From contig CAVSBO010000010.1 in NCBI GenBank assembly GCA_963726195.1, positions 56,139 through 120,138 of the forward strand: 64,000 bases of DNA. The letters run 5' to 3'. The notes beneath the pieces were generated by a model that was not told where the DNA came from, did not search any database, and was given only the letters and a program-made list of their open reading frames with translations. Source of the stretch: Candidatus Thorarchaeota archaeon (GTDB lineage Archaea > Asgardarchaeota > Thorarchaeia > Thorarchaeales > Thorarchaeaceae). The position numbers and the translations under genes are program-made. This document shows positions 1 through 9,622 of the stretch, piece by piece; position 1 is the first letter of the stretch, and every line of letters begins with the position of its first letter.

Positions 1-636
1 TACAGCTTCAGCGTGTATCTCTTCGCATCACCGAGACAACGATCGCAGAGCCATTTGCGGACGGTAATGCTCTCACTTCCGCACTTTGTGCATTTTTCCT
101 CGGGAGGAACACCCTTACCCATCTCATTGCACTCAGGATTGTTGCATCTCCATGCATCGTGGTCCTGCGAACACGGGCAATCAAGATGATCTGCATCAAT
201 GTCAAACACGAGCTCTGCGCCCTGCCAACCCTTTTCTTCCATGCTTCGAGATACCGGTATATTGTAGAATGCTGCAGAATGGTATACACTATGTGGTGCA
301 GAAACCACCAGGTCATTTCTGAGCGCGTCTGGTGATCGGTAACCCAGATGACGAGTCCAGCTAGTCATCTGGACCTCCGGAGAGCCACAGTTCGGACAGA
401 CCTTGAGCTTCTTGAAGGACCGCCCTGACTGACCACAACCCACGTTCGTTCTCAGTCCCAGAGGCATCGTGCGTTCTTCGTTCCGGACATCTCCAGATGA
501 AGTCCCAGCTCTCCATCCCAAACTCGCGCATGTGAAGACGTTCGGGCACATCAACTCGATCGGCGTTTGCGCGGTAGTAGTCTTGGAACATCAGCTGCAG
601 GAACTTGGACTTTGTTTCTTGCCCGCGTACGGCCAT
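1..636 (-). CDS. priS: DNA primase small (catalytic) subunit; frameshift near 445; runs off the window start
   Basis: The N-terminus YYRANADRVDVPERLHMREFG continues after a 1-nt shift into RHLGY...APHSVYHSAAFY...KGWQGAELVFDIDADHL, the AEP catalytic DxD motif. Lies directly downstream of PCNA. Confidence 0.93.
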
Positions 637-665
637 GACAATGCAGCGACCGAGACCAACAGGAA

Positions 666-1418
666 CTATCTTCGCTCTACACGAGGGGCGAGAACGAAGC
701 TAATTCTGCCACCCTCGGCAATCCCGAACTCCATCATCATGGGTTTGTTTGTGCTGAACTGAAGAACGACGCTGTCACTGGACATTGCTTTGGATATTTC
801 CGAGAGGTAGTTCAGAGCGTACATGGACGTACTGTCCTTCTCAATCTTCAGTTCATAGAGAAGAGACTCGTCTCCCATCTTCAAGGAAACCTGTGCTTCG
901 CCCGTATCGCCTTCTCCGGAAAATGATATCGTATCACCATGTGTGCTAATCTTCACGTGGCTCGAAACAACGCCTATGTCCTTCACAGCCTGCTTGAACG
1001 CTTCAGCGTACATCTCTGCTCGTGCATCAAAAGACAGTGCCGGCTTCTTCGTTCTGTCCTCAGGAGGACTAAGCATTTGAAGCTTGAACAAGCGTTCGGC
1101 CTGACCTAGCATCTTGATTTCGAAACGCTGCTCAGTCTCATTAAGATTGAACTCAAGCCTGTCATCACCAGCCATGCGCTTGCTGACCTTCGTGAGTTCA
1201 TCAATTCCAAGACAGATGTCATGCTCGCCTTTGCAGCTATACTCTTGAAACAGCCCTGCAGGAAGAGTGAGATCAATCATGGCAGCTTTGGTTGAGTCAA
1301 GTTGACGCAGCATGAGGCCGGTCTCTGAAGCAACGAAATGAGCTTCAGTTAACAATGTAGCCAGTGCATCTACTATTTGTTTCCAAGTCTTCGTGCTATC
1401 AAGTGTCGCATGAAACAT
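666..1418 (-). CDS. pcn: PCNA DNA sliding clamp
   Basis: 250 aa, MFHATL...LDSTKAAMIDLTL...ISFVLAPRVE, typical PCNA N- and C-terminal motifs. Confidence 0.97.
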   Translation of the reverse strand: MFHATLDSTKTWKQIVDALATLLTEAHFVASETGLMLRQLDSTKAAMIDLTLPAGLFQEYSCKGEHDICLGIDELTKVSKRMAGDDRLEFNLNETEQRFEIKMLGQAERLFKLQMLSPPEDRTKKPALSFDARAEMYAEAFKQAVKDIGVVSSHVKISTHGDTISFSGEGDTGEAQVSLKMGDESLLYELKIEKDSTSMYALNYLSEISKAMSSDSVVLQFSTNKPMMMEFGIAEGGRISFVLAPRVERR

Positions 1419-1432
1419 CTCAGTACCTCCAT

Positions 1433-1804
1433 TTATCGGGCCATTGCACGGGTTATTCGTTCCTCCAGATCCAGCGCCTGTTTGTATTCCTTGATATCGA
1501 GAGGATTGATATTCAGAACCTGAGAGGCTGCAAACATTAGCTCTTTTCCCTTCGGCCCGTTCTTCTCCGTTAAGCCGCCTATCAGCATGTACTTCTGTGC
1601 GACTTCGAGTCTTCCTTCCACTAGTGCCCTAATTTGTCTTGCCTTCCCCACGTCGTCATAGATGTCTTGCACAAGCGCCAAGCCGGGTGTCGACTCTACA
1701 ACGATACACATTATCCTCACAGGGCCCTTCGTGTTGGCGGACAAGGTACGTACTGTGGCAAGCCTGGCAGATTGCGTACGGGGAATCCTTTGTTCCTCAG
1801 TCAA
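1433..1804 (-). CDS. Small OB-fold protein, RPA14/RPA3-like
   Basis: 123 aa with an OB-like strand pattern (VRIMCIVVE, KYMLIG) and a C-terminal helix LDIKEYKQALDLE. Head of the pcn-priS operon. Family call is inference. Confidence 0.55.
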   Translation of the reverse strand: MTEEQRIPRTQSARLATVRTLSANTKGPVRIMCIVVESTPGLALVQDIYDDVGKARQIRALVEGRLEVAQKYMLIGGLTEKNGPKGKELMFAASQVLNINPLDIKEYKQALDLEERITRAMAR

Positions 1805-2090
1805 GATGTCCGCACCAACAGATGTTGCTGAACAGAGTATGCTCTGTGCTCAAGTTCTTGAAACTCGTGATATAAGAATGTATAAGTCTAGCGCCGTTCA
1901 TTCTTAGCTAGAGAAACTTAGACATTCGTGATTGCGGGGGTCTTATGACTGTGGAACAGAGTGGAGAATCCACGTGGCATATTGGCATGCTGCTGGCCGA
2001 AGATCTATCAGGAACGTACAATCTCGAAAGGCTCTTTGGGTTTTGAGTCATTGTCCGATAGATTTGTCCTGAATACGCATACAAGATGCT

Positions 2091-3572
2091 TTGGAGGGGA
2101 TTCTCAGGTACTTCGATAATCTAAGGGACAGGCAGATACTCCTCCTCATTTTTCTGATTTCTTTGGTCGGGCGTTTGACTGTAATCTTGGTGCTAGGGCA
2201 GGAACAAAACCTGTACGAGAACGGAGCCATTGCCCTCAATCTGGTCTCAGGCAATGGCTTCTCGTTTGCTGCATTTCCGCCGGCTACACCAGTACAGGAA
2301 ACCTGCGTGATGTCGCCATTTTACCCGTATTTTCTTGCTGTATCTTACCTTCTTTTCGGTGTCAATACGATGGCCCTCGCGTTCATACAGGTAATCCAAG
2401 CACTAGTCGGATCAGTCACTGTATATCCCCTCTATTACTTGGCGAGGGACTGCTACTCAAAGAGGACCGGACTGCTTTCGGTTCTAATCTTCGCTGTATT
2501 CCCGGATTTCCTGCATTGGTCCTATCTTATCCAACAGCTTACCTTCACAACATTCTCTGTAGTGAGTATCGTGTATCTGTTTAGCCTCTTCAACAGAGAT
2601 CCAACACTCCGAAAATCGCTTGCACTTGGTCTGGTTGCTGCATTCGGACTCCTTGTCGACCCAGTTGTTGTATCGGTAGTAGGCCTGATGTTCATCTGGA
2701 TCCTGTTTGCGCTCGTCAAACAGAGGCTTGGTCATGGCACGCCATCGACCAAGGATGTCAGGCTCAAGGCTCTTGGTCTCATTCTTGCGGTAGCAGTCTG
2801 TGGTCTTGCCATTGCACCTTGGGAGCTGCGATGCCTACAAGTCTATGATGGCCGTCTTGTGTTCATCAAGGCTAGCGGGTTCAACCTATGGCGTGGGAAC
2901 AACCCGAACTACACCGATACTGGAATACCCTCATGGGTGACCACGGACCTTCTGTCGAAACTCAACACAACAAGGGAAGGGGACATAGATAGCGCGCTTG
3001 GGCAGTCTGCTTGCACGTACATGACAACACACATCCCCCAGACACTGGCAAATGCAGTAAGGAAGCTCATAGATCTATGGTGGTTTCCTAAGGCATTTCC
3101 CGAGGAATCGCCCTTGCTGAGACAGCTCCTTTACGCTCCGTTGCTGCTACTTGCTCTCTTTGCTCTTCTTATAGACCGCAAAGGGCTAGTCCAGGTTGTT
3201 CCTGTTCTTCTTCCTTTGATAGCGTTCTCGGCTCTGTACTCAGTGGTTTTCGTGTTGGCGCACCACCGAATACCAATAGAACCGATTCTCTTCATTCTTT
3301 CTGCAAGAGGCCTAGAATATGCGGCGACTCGTCTGCTCAGAAGACCCGGATTTGGAAGAAGAAACGGCTCCGGGCAATGCATAACTGTGTATGCCCAACT
3401 TTGTCCAAGTTCGCTGTGGGTGTTGTCTAGCGCCCGCCATAGTAGCGCCAAGTCTGTTTACACTTGGTGCATCTGTAGAATTCAGTCATGCCTTCATCAC
3501 CGGCTCTTGTTTGAACCGTCCAATAGTATGCCTCGTCATTTCCGCAATTCGGACATGTGGCAGCAACCTTAG
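2091..3572 (+). CDS. GT-C fold (ArnT/PMT-like) membrane glycosyltransferase; true 3' end uncertain
   Basis: Multiple TM segments, A-x-NL-x-x-G-x-G-F, P-F-Y-P-Y-F-L and GFNLWRGNNP motifs, and a late R-x-P-x-x-P motif. The 3' end overlaps tfs on the opposite strand. Confidence 0.7.
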   Translation: MEGILRYFDNLRDRQILLLIFLISLVGRLTVILVLGQEQNLYENGAIALNLVSGNGFSFAAFPPATPVQETCVMSPFYPYFLAVSYLLFGVNTMALAFIQVIQALVGSVTVYPLYYLARDCYSKRTGLLSVLIFAVFPDFLHWSYLIQQLTFTTFSVVSIVYLFSLFNRDPTLRKSLALGLVAAFGLLVDPVVVSVVGLMFIWILFALVKQRLGHGTPSTKDVRLKALGLILAVAVCGLAIAPWELRCLQVYDGRLVFIKASGFNLWRGNNPNYTDTGIPSWVTTDLLSKLNTTREGDIDSALGQSACTYMTTHIPQTLANAVRKLIDLWWFPKAFPEESPLLRQLLYAPLLLLALFALLIDRKGLVQVVPVLLPLIAFSALYSVVFVLAHHRIPIEPILFILSARGLEYAATRLLRRPGFGRRNGSGQCITVYAQLCPSSLWVLSSARHSSAKSVYTWCICRIQSCLHHRLLFEPSNSMPRHFRNSDMWQQP

Positions 3573-3759
3573 GCATGGGGATGGATTCGTCATCTACAAC
3601 CACGATTTTGTCATGAGGTGTCCTCCTCATGTTCTCTGACACTTTCATTTCGCCAGCAAGTTTCATAGTATGGCCGCAACTCCTGCACTTCATAATCTTC
3701 TTGCCGTTTTCATCAACAGCAGGGACCATCATGGAACCGCACTTATCACAGAACTGCAC
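3427..3759 (-). CDS. tfs: Transcription factor S (TFS/RpoM-like)
   Basis: FCDKCG...CRSC N-terminal ribbon and CPNCG...QTRAGDEG...CTKC C-terminal ribbon with the acidic DE hairpin. Confidence 0.95.
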   Translation of the reverse strand: MQFCDKCGSMMVPAVDENGKKIMKCRSCGHTMKLAGEMKVSENMRRTPHDKIVVVDDESIPMPKVAATCPNCGNDEAYYWTVQTRAGDEGMTEFYRCTKCKQTWRYYGGR

Positions 3760-3853
3760 AGGATTTCACCACACATTCTCCTGCCTACGAGATAGCAGTC
3801 AATTAAGGCTTGCTGACCGGACACGAGCCATCGTGATTGATTTTCTGTTCAAA

Positions 3854-4282
3854 CTAACAGACCGGCAACTGATTCGTGACCTGCTCAAGCAGATACTGGA
3901 AAGCCTGAACCGCTGACTCGTCTTCTCTTTTTGCACTCTTTGTGGTCTGGGCCAACAGATTCTTTCCAAGGGAGTCGACAATTGATTCGATTGTTGTCCT
4001 TCGGTTGAGCCAAAGCCAAGCCATGAGGGCTTCATAGGCGTCAGCTGCATCTCCCGGGTCGGTCCTGTGACCTACACTGGCGTATATCGGGCTGGTACGA
4101 ATTGCACGCGCCAACACGCTATCCTTGACCTTTTCACCAGTAGGACAACCGATGACAATCGATTTTGCAAGGGAATAGCAGAGATTCACAAGGCTATCGC
4201 CAAGCTTTGCTAGGCCGGCATCGTTCATGATGTCATGAAGCGTCGTATGGCTTGCTAGACAGTCCCAAGCCATCCAAACCAC
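3854..4282 (-). CDS. Archaeal ribonuclease III-family protein
   Basis: GLAKLGDSLVNL and ADAYEAL motifs of the RNase III catalytic domain. Confidence 0.8.
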   Translation of the reverse strand: MVWMAWDCLASHTTLHDIMNDAGLAKLGDSLVNLCYSLAKSIVIGCPTGEKVKDSVLARAIRTSPIYASVGHRTDPGDAADAYEALMAWLWLNRRTTIESIVDSLGKNLLAQTTKSAKREDESAVQAFQYLLEQVTNQLPVC

Positions 4283-4305
4283 CCGACCACGTTCGTCTAA
4301 TCAGA

Positions 4306-4602
4306 CTATTCGACCTCGTGCTGGGAGGCCATCTGGTGAAACCGCTTCCTGAACTCCTCAGTCCGTGCAAGCATCTTCTCTAGTCCTTCTCTCACGACAA
4401 CGTTCGCTTGGCGCCTCTTAGTTCTTAGAGTAAACACCGGATTCGCAAGCAGCGGGTGTTCAATGTTATAGCCAGCGAAATCCACCGATTCTTCTTCAAG
4501 AAGAGTCTTGCGTAGAAGATTGCAGAAAGAGTGATCTTCCCCGATAATTTCCGCTACAAGCACGTACTTCGAGTTCTCAATAACCTTTAGCTCCAATTTC
4601 AT
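4306..4602 (-). CDS. rpoL: RNA polymerase subunit Rpo11 (RpoL)
   Basis: GEDHSFCNLLR...FAGYNIEHPL motif. Confidence 0.95.
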   Translation of the reverse strand: MKLELKVIENSKYVLVAEIIGEDHSFCNLLRKTLLEEESVDFAGYNIEHPLLANPVFTLRTKRRQANVVVREGLEKMLARTEEFRKRFHQMASQHEVE

Positions 4603-5396
4603 TGCCTCCTGCCTCGCGGACGCCTGTCATCTTCGCGAGTCGTGCGATGAATTGGCCGGGAAGGTGCTCCGCGGCTACGTTCCCTCGATTCACCACTTCT
4701 GGTAGGGCGTCTCTCGCGGAAAGTCTCGCGGTCACGTCGAGGACGTTCGCTATCATAGCGTTTCTCATCATAGGATCTCTTGCGCGGTGCAAGGTCGGGC
4801 CTAGGTTCCAAGCCAAATCTTTGACCGTAGTCGGCTGCTACCTCACGAGTTTCGCGATTCTCACATCTCAGACAAACAAGATTATTCCCGGTTGTTAAGG
4901 AAAGCGAATTCCCACACTTCGAGCATTTTGCAAGCATGACACCAAGTTTGGGTCCTACCAGCGTGAGCTGCACTGGTATCGTGTGAGTGTTGGTCGCCAT
5001 CGCTCGCAAGATATCTCCTGGCTTAATCACATCAAACATGGACTTGACATATCTTCTAGTGACATTGCTGATGTGAATCTCGCCAAGGAAAGGACTTGGA
5101 ACATCAACATCGTTGCGTTTGACCAGACTAACCTCGGCACGTTGTTCGTAGGCGTTCACAACCTCGCCCATGAGGGTGTCACCCTTCATTGGAAGAGCAA
5201 TTCTCACGCTGCCATCGCTCTCAAGGACCTTTATGCTGCGCTCCTTGAGATCGATATGCACGGCTCCTGAAGCAGCCGCATACACAAAGCCCTCCTGCTC
5301 GTATGTGCCAAAACCCGGGGAAAGCTCCTCAATAACACACAGTTGATCGCCCGGTACTACTACATCGCCGCTCTTCACATCAGCCATTTCGGTCAC
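4599..5396 (-). CDS. csl4: Exosome RNA-binding subunit Csl4 with an Arg/acidic C-terminal tail
   Basis: VVPGDQL...EE...PGFGTY, S1 domain (EIHISNV, PGDILRA), Zn ribbon CSKC...CLRC. Conserved csl4-rpoL order. Confidence 0.92.
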   Translation of the reverse strand: MTEMADVKSGDVVVPGDQLCVIEELSPGFGTYEQEGFVYAAASGAVHIDLKERSIKVLESDGSVRIALPMKGDTLMGEVVNAYEQRAEVSLVKRNDVDVPSPFLGEIHISNVTRRYVKSMFDVIKPGDILRAMATNTHTIPVQLTLVGPKLGVMLAKCSKCGNSLSLTTGNNLVCLRCENRETREVAADYGQRFGLEPRPDLAPRKRSYDEKRYDSERPRRDRETFRERRPTRSGESRERSRGAPSRPIHRTTREDDRRPRGRRQ

Positions 5397-6016
5397 GCCC
5401 TTCTGGATACACGGTAAAGGTCAACCGCAATCAGGTGCATTTCCTTCTTATGAAAGTCATAAATCCTTGGAATGGGGAACTGGAAGGTTTCTATTTGTGT
5501 CACTTCTCCATTTAGTTCCTCTATTGCGCGCTTGAGGAACTCTCGGTTTTTCTCTATCGCGAGATGCATACTGTATGTCACAGCAGCTATGGATACTGCC
5601 TTCCCAAGGAACTTCAGGTCCGCGCCTCTCTTCTTCACGCCGAAGGGCGGGTTGCTCACCACAGTATCAATGGGTTCTGTTACTTCGATGGAAGCGACGT
5701 CCCCAAGAACCCAGTCTGTTGTGCCTTCTGTCCCAAGCAGAACGGAGTTCCTTTGTGAGACCTTTAAGGCTTTGGTTTGAATATCAATCCCAACAACGCG
5801 TTTTGCACCAAGTAATGCTGCGCCGATTCCGAATATGCCGTCTCCGCACCCGAGATCGAGCACGGTCTTGCCTATGATGTCGCCGTGTTCCATCTCCGCA
5901 GCGAACAGGACTGACGCGGCAATCGAGGCGGAAGTGGGATAACTCTCGAGGCTGACTTCGCGTTCGTCCAAGCGCTCTATTGACTGCAAAGCAATCTCGA
6001 GATCCCTCAAACGCAA
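5393..6016 (-). CDS. METTL5-family N6-adenine RNA methyltransferase
   Basis: LESYPT, VLDLGCGDG and NPPFG motifs. Start placed at the TTG following a GGAGTGA SD. Confidence 0.88.
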   Translation of the reverse strand: MRLRDLEIALQSIERLDEREVSLESYPTSASIAASVLFAAEMEHGDIIGKTVLDLGCGDGIFGIGAALLGAKRVVGIDIQTKALKVSQRNSVLLGTEGTTDWVLGDVASIEVTEPIDTVVSNPPFGVKKRGADLKFLGKAVSIAAVTYSMHLAIEKNREFLKRAIEELNGEVTQIETFQFPIPRIYDFHKKEMHLIAVDLYRVSRRA

Positions 6017-6389
6017 ATACACATCACTCCGGTTGTCAGGCGTCCTCAACTCTTCGATGGGAGATAGCAGACATGCCTTCGAGCTCGCCACTTCAGAGAA
6101 ATGCGTGAAGCGGCCGCCTTGGGTGCAGCCTGCATCGTGATGAAGCCCTATGATGATTTAAGTCCGCGTCTTCGGTACTGAGTTTGTGAAATGAATAACG
6201 CTGGACGTTCCCTCTGTTCATCTAAAGCTAGAGATGGAAGAGGACCAGAGCTTGAGCTGATTTAGAAATGCATTCTGCTCTTTCCCAACCACTCGAACCG
6301 GCGGCAGTGGCACAAAGCTGTACCTGGGAACAGCGCCAAGGAATTCCCACGTAATACCCAGTCTTTTATCTCGTCCAGACGCTCCACCG

Positions 6390-6403
6390 GTTCCATCGGA
6401 AAC
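6390..6403 (+). promoter_or_regulatory. ORB-like Cdc6/Orc1 binding site
   Basis: GTTCCATCGGAAAC matches the ORB core GTTCCAGTGGAAAC at 12/14. Lies between a TATA-like CTTTTATC (6363-6370) and the cdc6 start. Confidence 0.55.
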
Positions 6404-6445
6404 AGCGGAACGAGAGGTCAACTGTCGCGGAGGCAAGCACAAGAC

Positions 6446-7693
6446 TTGGAGAAACCCTTGGACAAGCTCTTTGACAAATTCCTTCAAGGTCAGGGTATTT
6501 TCAGAAAGAGAAGTGCACTTAGACCCACATATGTTCCTGACGATATTCCCTATCGAGACGAACAGATGAGGAGAATAGCTGCCATTCTCGGGCCAGCCCT
6601 GCGTGGAGCACCGCCATCCAACATTCTTTGCTACGGCAAGACAGGCACTGGTAAGACTGTAGTTGCCCGCTATGTTCTGTCATTGCTTGTGGACAAAGCG
6701 GATCAAAGTGGCGTCAGGCCTCCGCTCACCGCCTTTGTCAATTGCCGTATCGTAGGGACCAACTATAGGGTGCTCAAGCGCCTCTGTGACCAGATAGATG
6801 CAACAATGCCTGATGGGTCGGAGGTCCCTTTCACAGGGCTACCAACGGATGAGATTAGGGACCTGCTCAAGAGAAAGCTTGACTCTGAATCCAACATCCT
6901 CACTGTCGTGCTAGACGAAGTGGACAGCCTGTTGAGGCGGGATGTAACCCAAGGTAATGACATTCTCTATGGTTTGACACGGATGAATGGCGAACTAGAG
7001 AACAGCAAGATATCGATAATCGGCATCAGCAACGATTTGAAGTTCAAGGAAATGCTCGACCCTCGGGTACTGAGCACTCTGGGAGAGGAAGAGGTCATAT
7101 TCCCACCCTACAATGCTGTGGAGCTGAACGGAATCCTTCAGCAGAGGGTACAGATTGCTTTCAACGATGACGTCATTGAAGATGAAGGTGTGATAAACCT
7201 CGTAGGAGCACTGGCTGCACAGGAGCATGGCGATGCACGAAGGGCTCTGGATCTTCTCAGAACAGCAGGCGAGCTTGCGGAACGTAACGGAGACGATAAG
7301 GTCACTCAGGAACACGTACGTGAGGCACAGAAGATCATTGAGCGCGATACCATAACTGAGACTCTCAAGACGCTGCCCATGCAGTCAAAGGCTTTGTTGT
7401 TCTCAGTATATGTGCTAACAGACAGAGGACAACGTGACATCTACACCGGGGAGTGTTTCAATGTCTACTCCGAGATTGCAAAGTTGCTTTCTCTTGATAC
7501 GCTCACTCAGAGAAGAATCAGTGATCTCATCAGCGAACTCGACATGCTCGGGTTAATCAACACGTCAGTGGTCTCGAAGGGTCGGTACGGTCGTACAAAG
7601 AAGATTCGCTTGGCGGTTGGCAAGAAGCACATTGCGAGCATTATGGAGTCAGATCCCAGATTAAGTAAGATAGCGCGGGATTTGGTAACGTAG
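6446..7693 (+). CDS. cdc6: Cdc6/Orc1 replication initiator
   Basis: Walker A GKTGTGKT, VLDEVD, FPPYNA, GDARRALDLLR and the wHTH SKGRYGRT. Confidence 0.97.
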   Translation: MEKPLDKLFDKFLQGQGIFRKRSALRPTYVPDDIPYRDEQMRRIAAILGPALRGAPPSNILCYGKTGTGKTVVARYVLSLLVDKADQSGVRPPLTAFVNCRIVGTNYRVLKRLCDQIDATMPDGSEVPFTGLPTDEIRDLLKRKLDSESNILTVVLDEVDSLLRRDVTQGNDILYGLTRMNGELENSKISIIGISNDLKFKEMLDPRVLSTLGEEEVIFPPYNAVELNGILQQRVQIAFNDDVIEDEGVINLVGALAAQEHGDARRALDLLRTAGELAERNGDDKVTQEHVREAQKIIERDTITETLKTLPMQSKALLFSVYVLTDRGQRDIYTGECFNVYSEIAKLLSLDTLTQRRISDLISELDMLGLINTSVVSKGRYGRTKKIRLAVGKKHIASIMESDPRLSKIARDLVT

Positions 7694-7750
7694 CATAGCT
7701 GAATTCTACGAGCAGAATTGATCAGACATCGGTTGGATACTGCCCCGATT

Positions 7751-9412
7751 TCATTGACTGGCTCCGCTTTCCCCGCTAGGTGAAGCTGCGTAGTCATAGA
7801 AAAACCTCAACTCTGGTATGAGTGTTGCCAGATTCACAATCGAGACTATTCCCGGTGTCGGCTTGATTCCTTGCTTTCTCATGAAATCAGTTTGTCTCTG
7901 AAAGCACCCCGAATTGATGATTTGTATGCCGCGGTAGTTATCGCAGGCATTATGATGAGCATGACCAAAATGCACGATATCTGGTGGCGTATCGATGACC
8001 ATCCAGTCTCGAGCCAACGGAGTCAGCTCTGTCTTCCCACCATAGATAGGGGCAAGATGTCTCTTCCGAAGAAGGGCCTTCATCGCCAATTCGGGTTTCT
8101 CGTATGAAACGCCCGGTAGCTGGGTGGTCAAGTCATCCAGTGAATCGCCGTGAGTAACCAGTATGTTTACGCCTTCGATACGTACTTGGCACGGGTCGCC
8201 CATCATGAACATCCTATCGCCAAATTCGTAGAGTTGACTTGCGAAGCCTTCAGGGATGGGTGGCCTAGGGAGCGCTTGTCGGCAAGCATCGTGGTTGCCC
8301 GGAATGCAGACTATCTTGATCCTTTCTGGAACACGGCGCAGCTTATCAGCGAGACGTGCATACTGGTCATGTATGCTCTTGATGCCAAGATCCTCTTCTT
8401 GGCCGGGATAGACGCCCACTCCATCACACAAATCTCCGGCAATGAACAGATACTCAATCTTGTCAATCATTGCCTCATCAGCGTGTCCATTAACGCCGCT
8501 CCCAGCAATCCATTCGATGAATCTGTCAAACTCATCCTCAAGGAAGTGAAGGCTGCCATAATGTAAGTCAGAAATGAAAACTGCGTACACATCTCTTCGA
8601 GCCCGCCTTCGGTCTAGAGTCTGTGGAATGTCAGGAAAGATAACCGTATTGGCAATCATTCTTCCATCTTGATCAACACGGCCGGATATGCACACGACCT
8701 CATCCAGAAGTATTGAATTGCCGCTCTCAAGCAGCTCGCGGCCCTCTGGACCCGTTCGCCCAGCGGGTATCACACACGTGACTGCTCCCTCTGCATCTTC
8801 AAGCTCGATTATTACATTGCCTGACCTTGACACGCTCTTGCTCTTCACCATGCCAATAATCATATAGCTGGGAAGCGGTTCAGCCATTACGCCTGCCCCG
8901 TAAAGGCGCTTCAGATGTCGAGTGTCATCTTTCTTTTGTTTCAGCGACTCGATGGACACTGCGCCTCGCGTGTCAACACGGGCCATGTATATTTTCTTGA
9001 TGCGTTGAAATCGATCTGTGAACAGAGCCAGAAAGTCGTCCACGGTCCCCGCAGAGCCCACTGCCGCTGGTGAGGGGTTCTTCAGTATCTCGACTGATTC
9101 GCCATTGCTTTCGTTTGGCTGAACGTATTCTTGCAGAGTTTCCGCCGCGGCAGACTCATTTGTCGCCTTTGGAATCTCAGCAGGCGTATCGCGAGCCGCC
9201 GGAGAAGCCACTTGGCCAACAATACAGGACTGAACCTGCTCGAGAGAGATTAGTACTCCCACGTTCTCCTCGGAGCCCCACTTAGACACCAGTGATTCTA
9301 CAACCTGAGCTGGCGACTCCTGATTCATTATGTATTCTAATGCATCTGGTGTGACCTGAAACCCGGATCTTATGAGCCTCTGCAATATAGCCCGGCGGAC
9401 TGATGAGGTCAC
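7751..9412 (-). CDS. polB: DNA polymerase D small subunit DP1
   Basis: ISDLHYGS, AGDLCDGVGVYPGQ, PGNHD, HGDS, RHLAPIYG and GHAH calcineurin-like exonuclease motifs. GTG start inferred. Confidence 0.95.
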   Translation of the reverse strand: MTSSVRRAILQRLIRSGFQVTPDALEYIMNQESPAQVVESLVSKWGSEENVGVLISLEQVQSCIVGQVASPAARDTPAEIPKATNESAAAETLQEYVQPNESNGESVEILKNPSPAAVGSAGTVDDFLALFTDRFQRIKKIYMARVDTRGAVSIESLKQKKDDTRHLKRLYGAGVMAEPLPSYMIIGMVKSKSVSRSGNVIIELEDAEGAVTCVIPAGRTGPEGRELLESGNSILLDEVVCISGRVDQDGRMIANTVIFPDIPQTLDRRRARRDVYAVFISDLHYGSLHFLEDEFDRFIEWIAGSGVNGHADEAMIDKIEYLFIAGDLCDGVGVYPGQEEDLGIKSIHDQYARLADKLRRVPERIKIVCIPGNHDACRQALPRPPIPEGFASQLYEFGDRMFMMGDPCQVRIEGVNILVTHGDSLDDLTTQLPGVSYEKPELAMKALLRKRHLAPIYGGKTELTPLARDWMVIDTPPDIVHFGHAHHNACDNYRGIQIINSGCFQRQTDFMRKQGIKPTPGIVSIVNLATLIPELRFFYDYAASPSGESGASQ

Positions 9413-9622
9413 TTTGCCACCAACTACAGTGAACATGTAGAACCGTTTTAAGGATTGCAAAAGAGTTCTCTCTCGATGAAGGCTGGAACAATCAGCTGTA
9501 TGAATTCATAGCTGATGCCATGGAATCTAGGCGGACAAGACCCGTGTTCTCTGCGGGAAGCGTAATAAGGTTGCAACCGATAGTCAGCGTCAATATCAGC
9601 AAATTTGTTGGGGATGTGATCA

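Noticed and set aside
6137-6181. GTGATGA/ATGATGA and CTGA resembling C/D box sRNA motifs
   Set aside because: The spacing does not give two guides with D'/C' boxes, and no target could be verified by eye.
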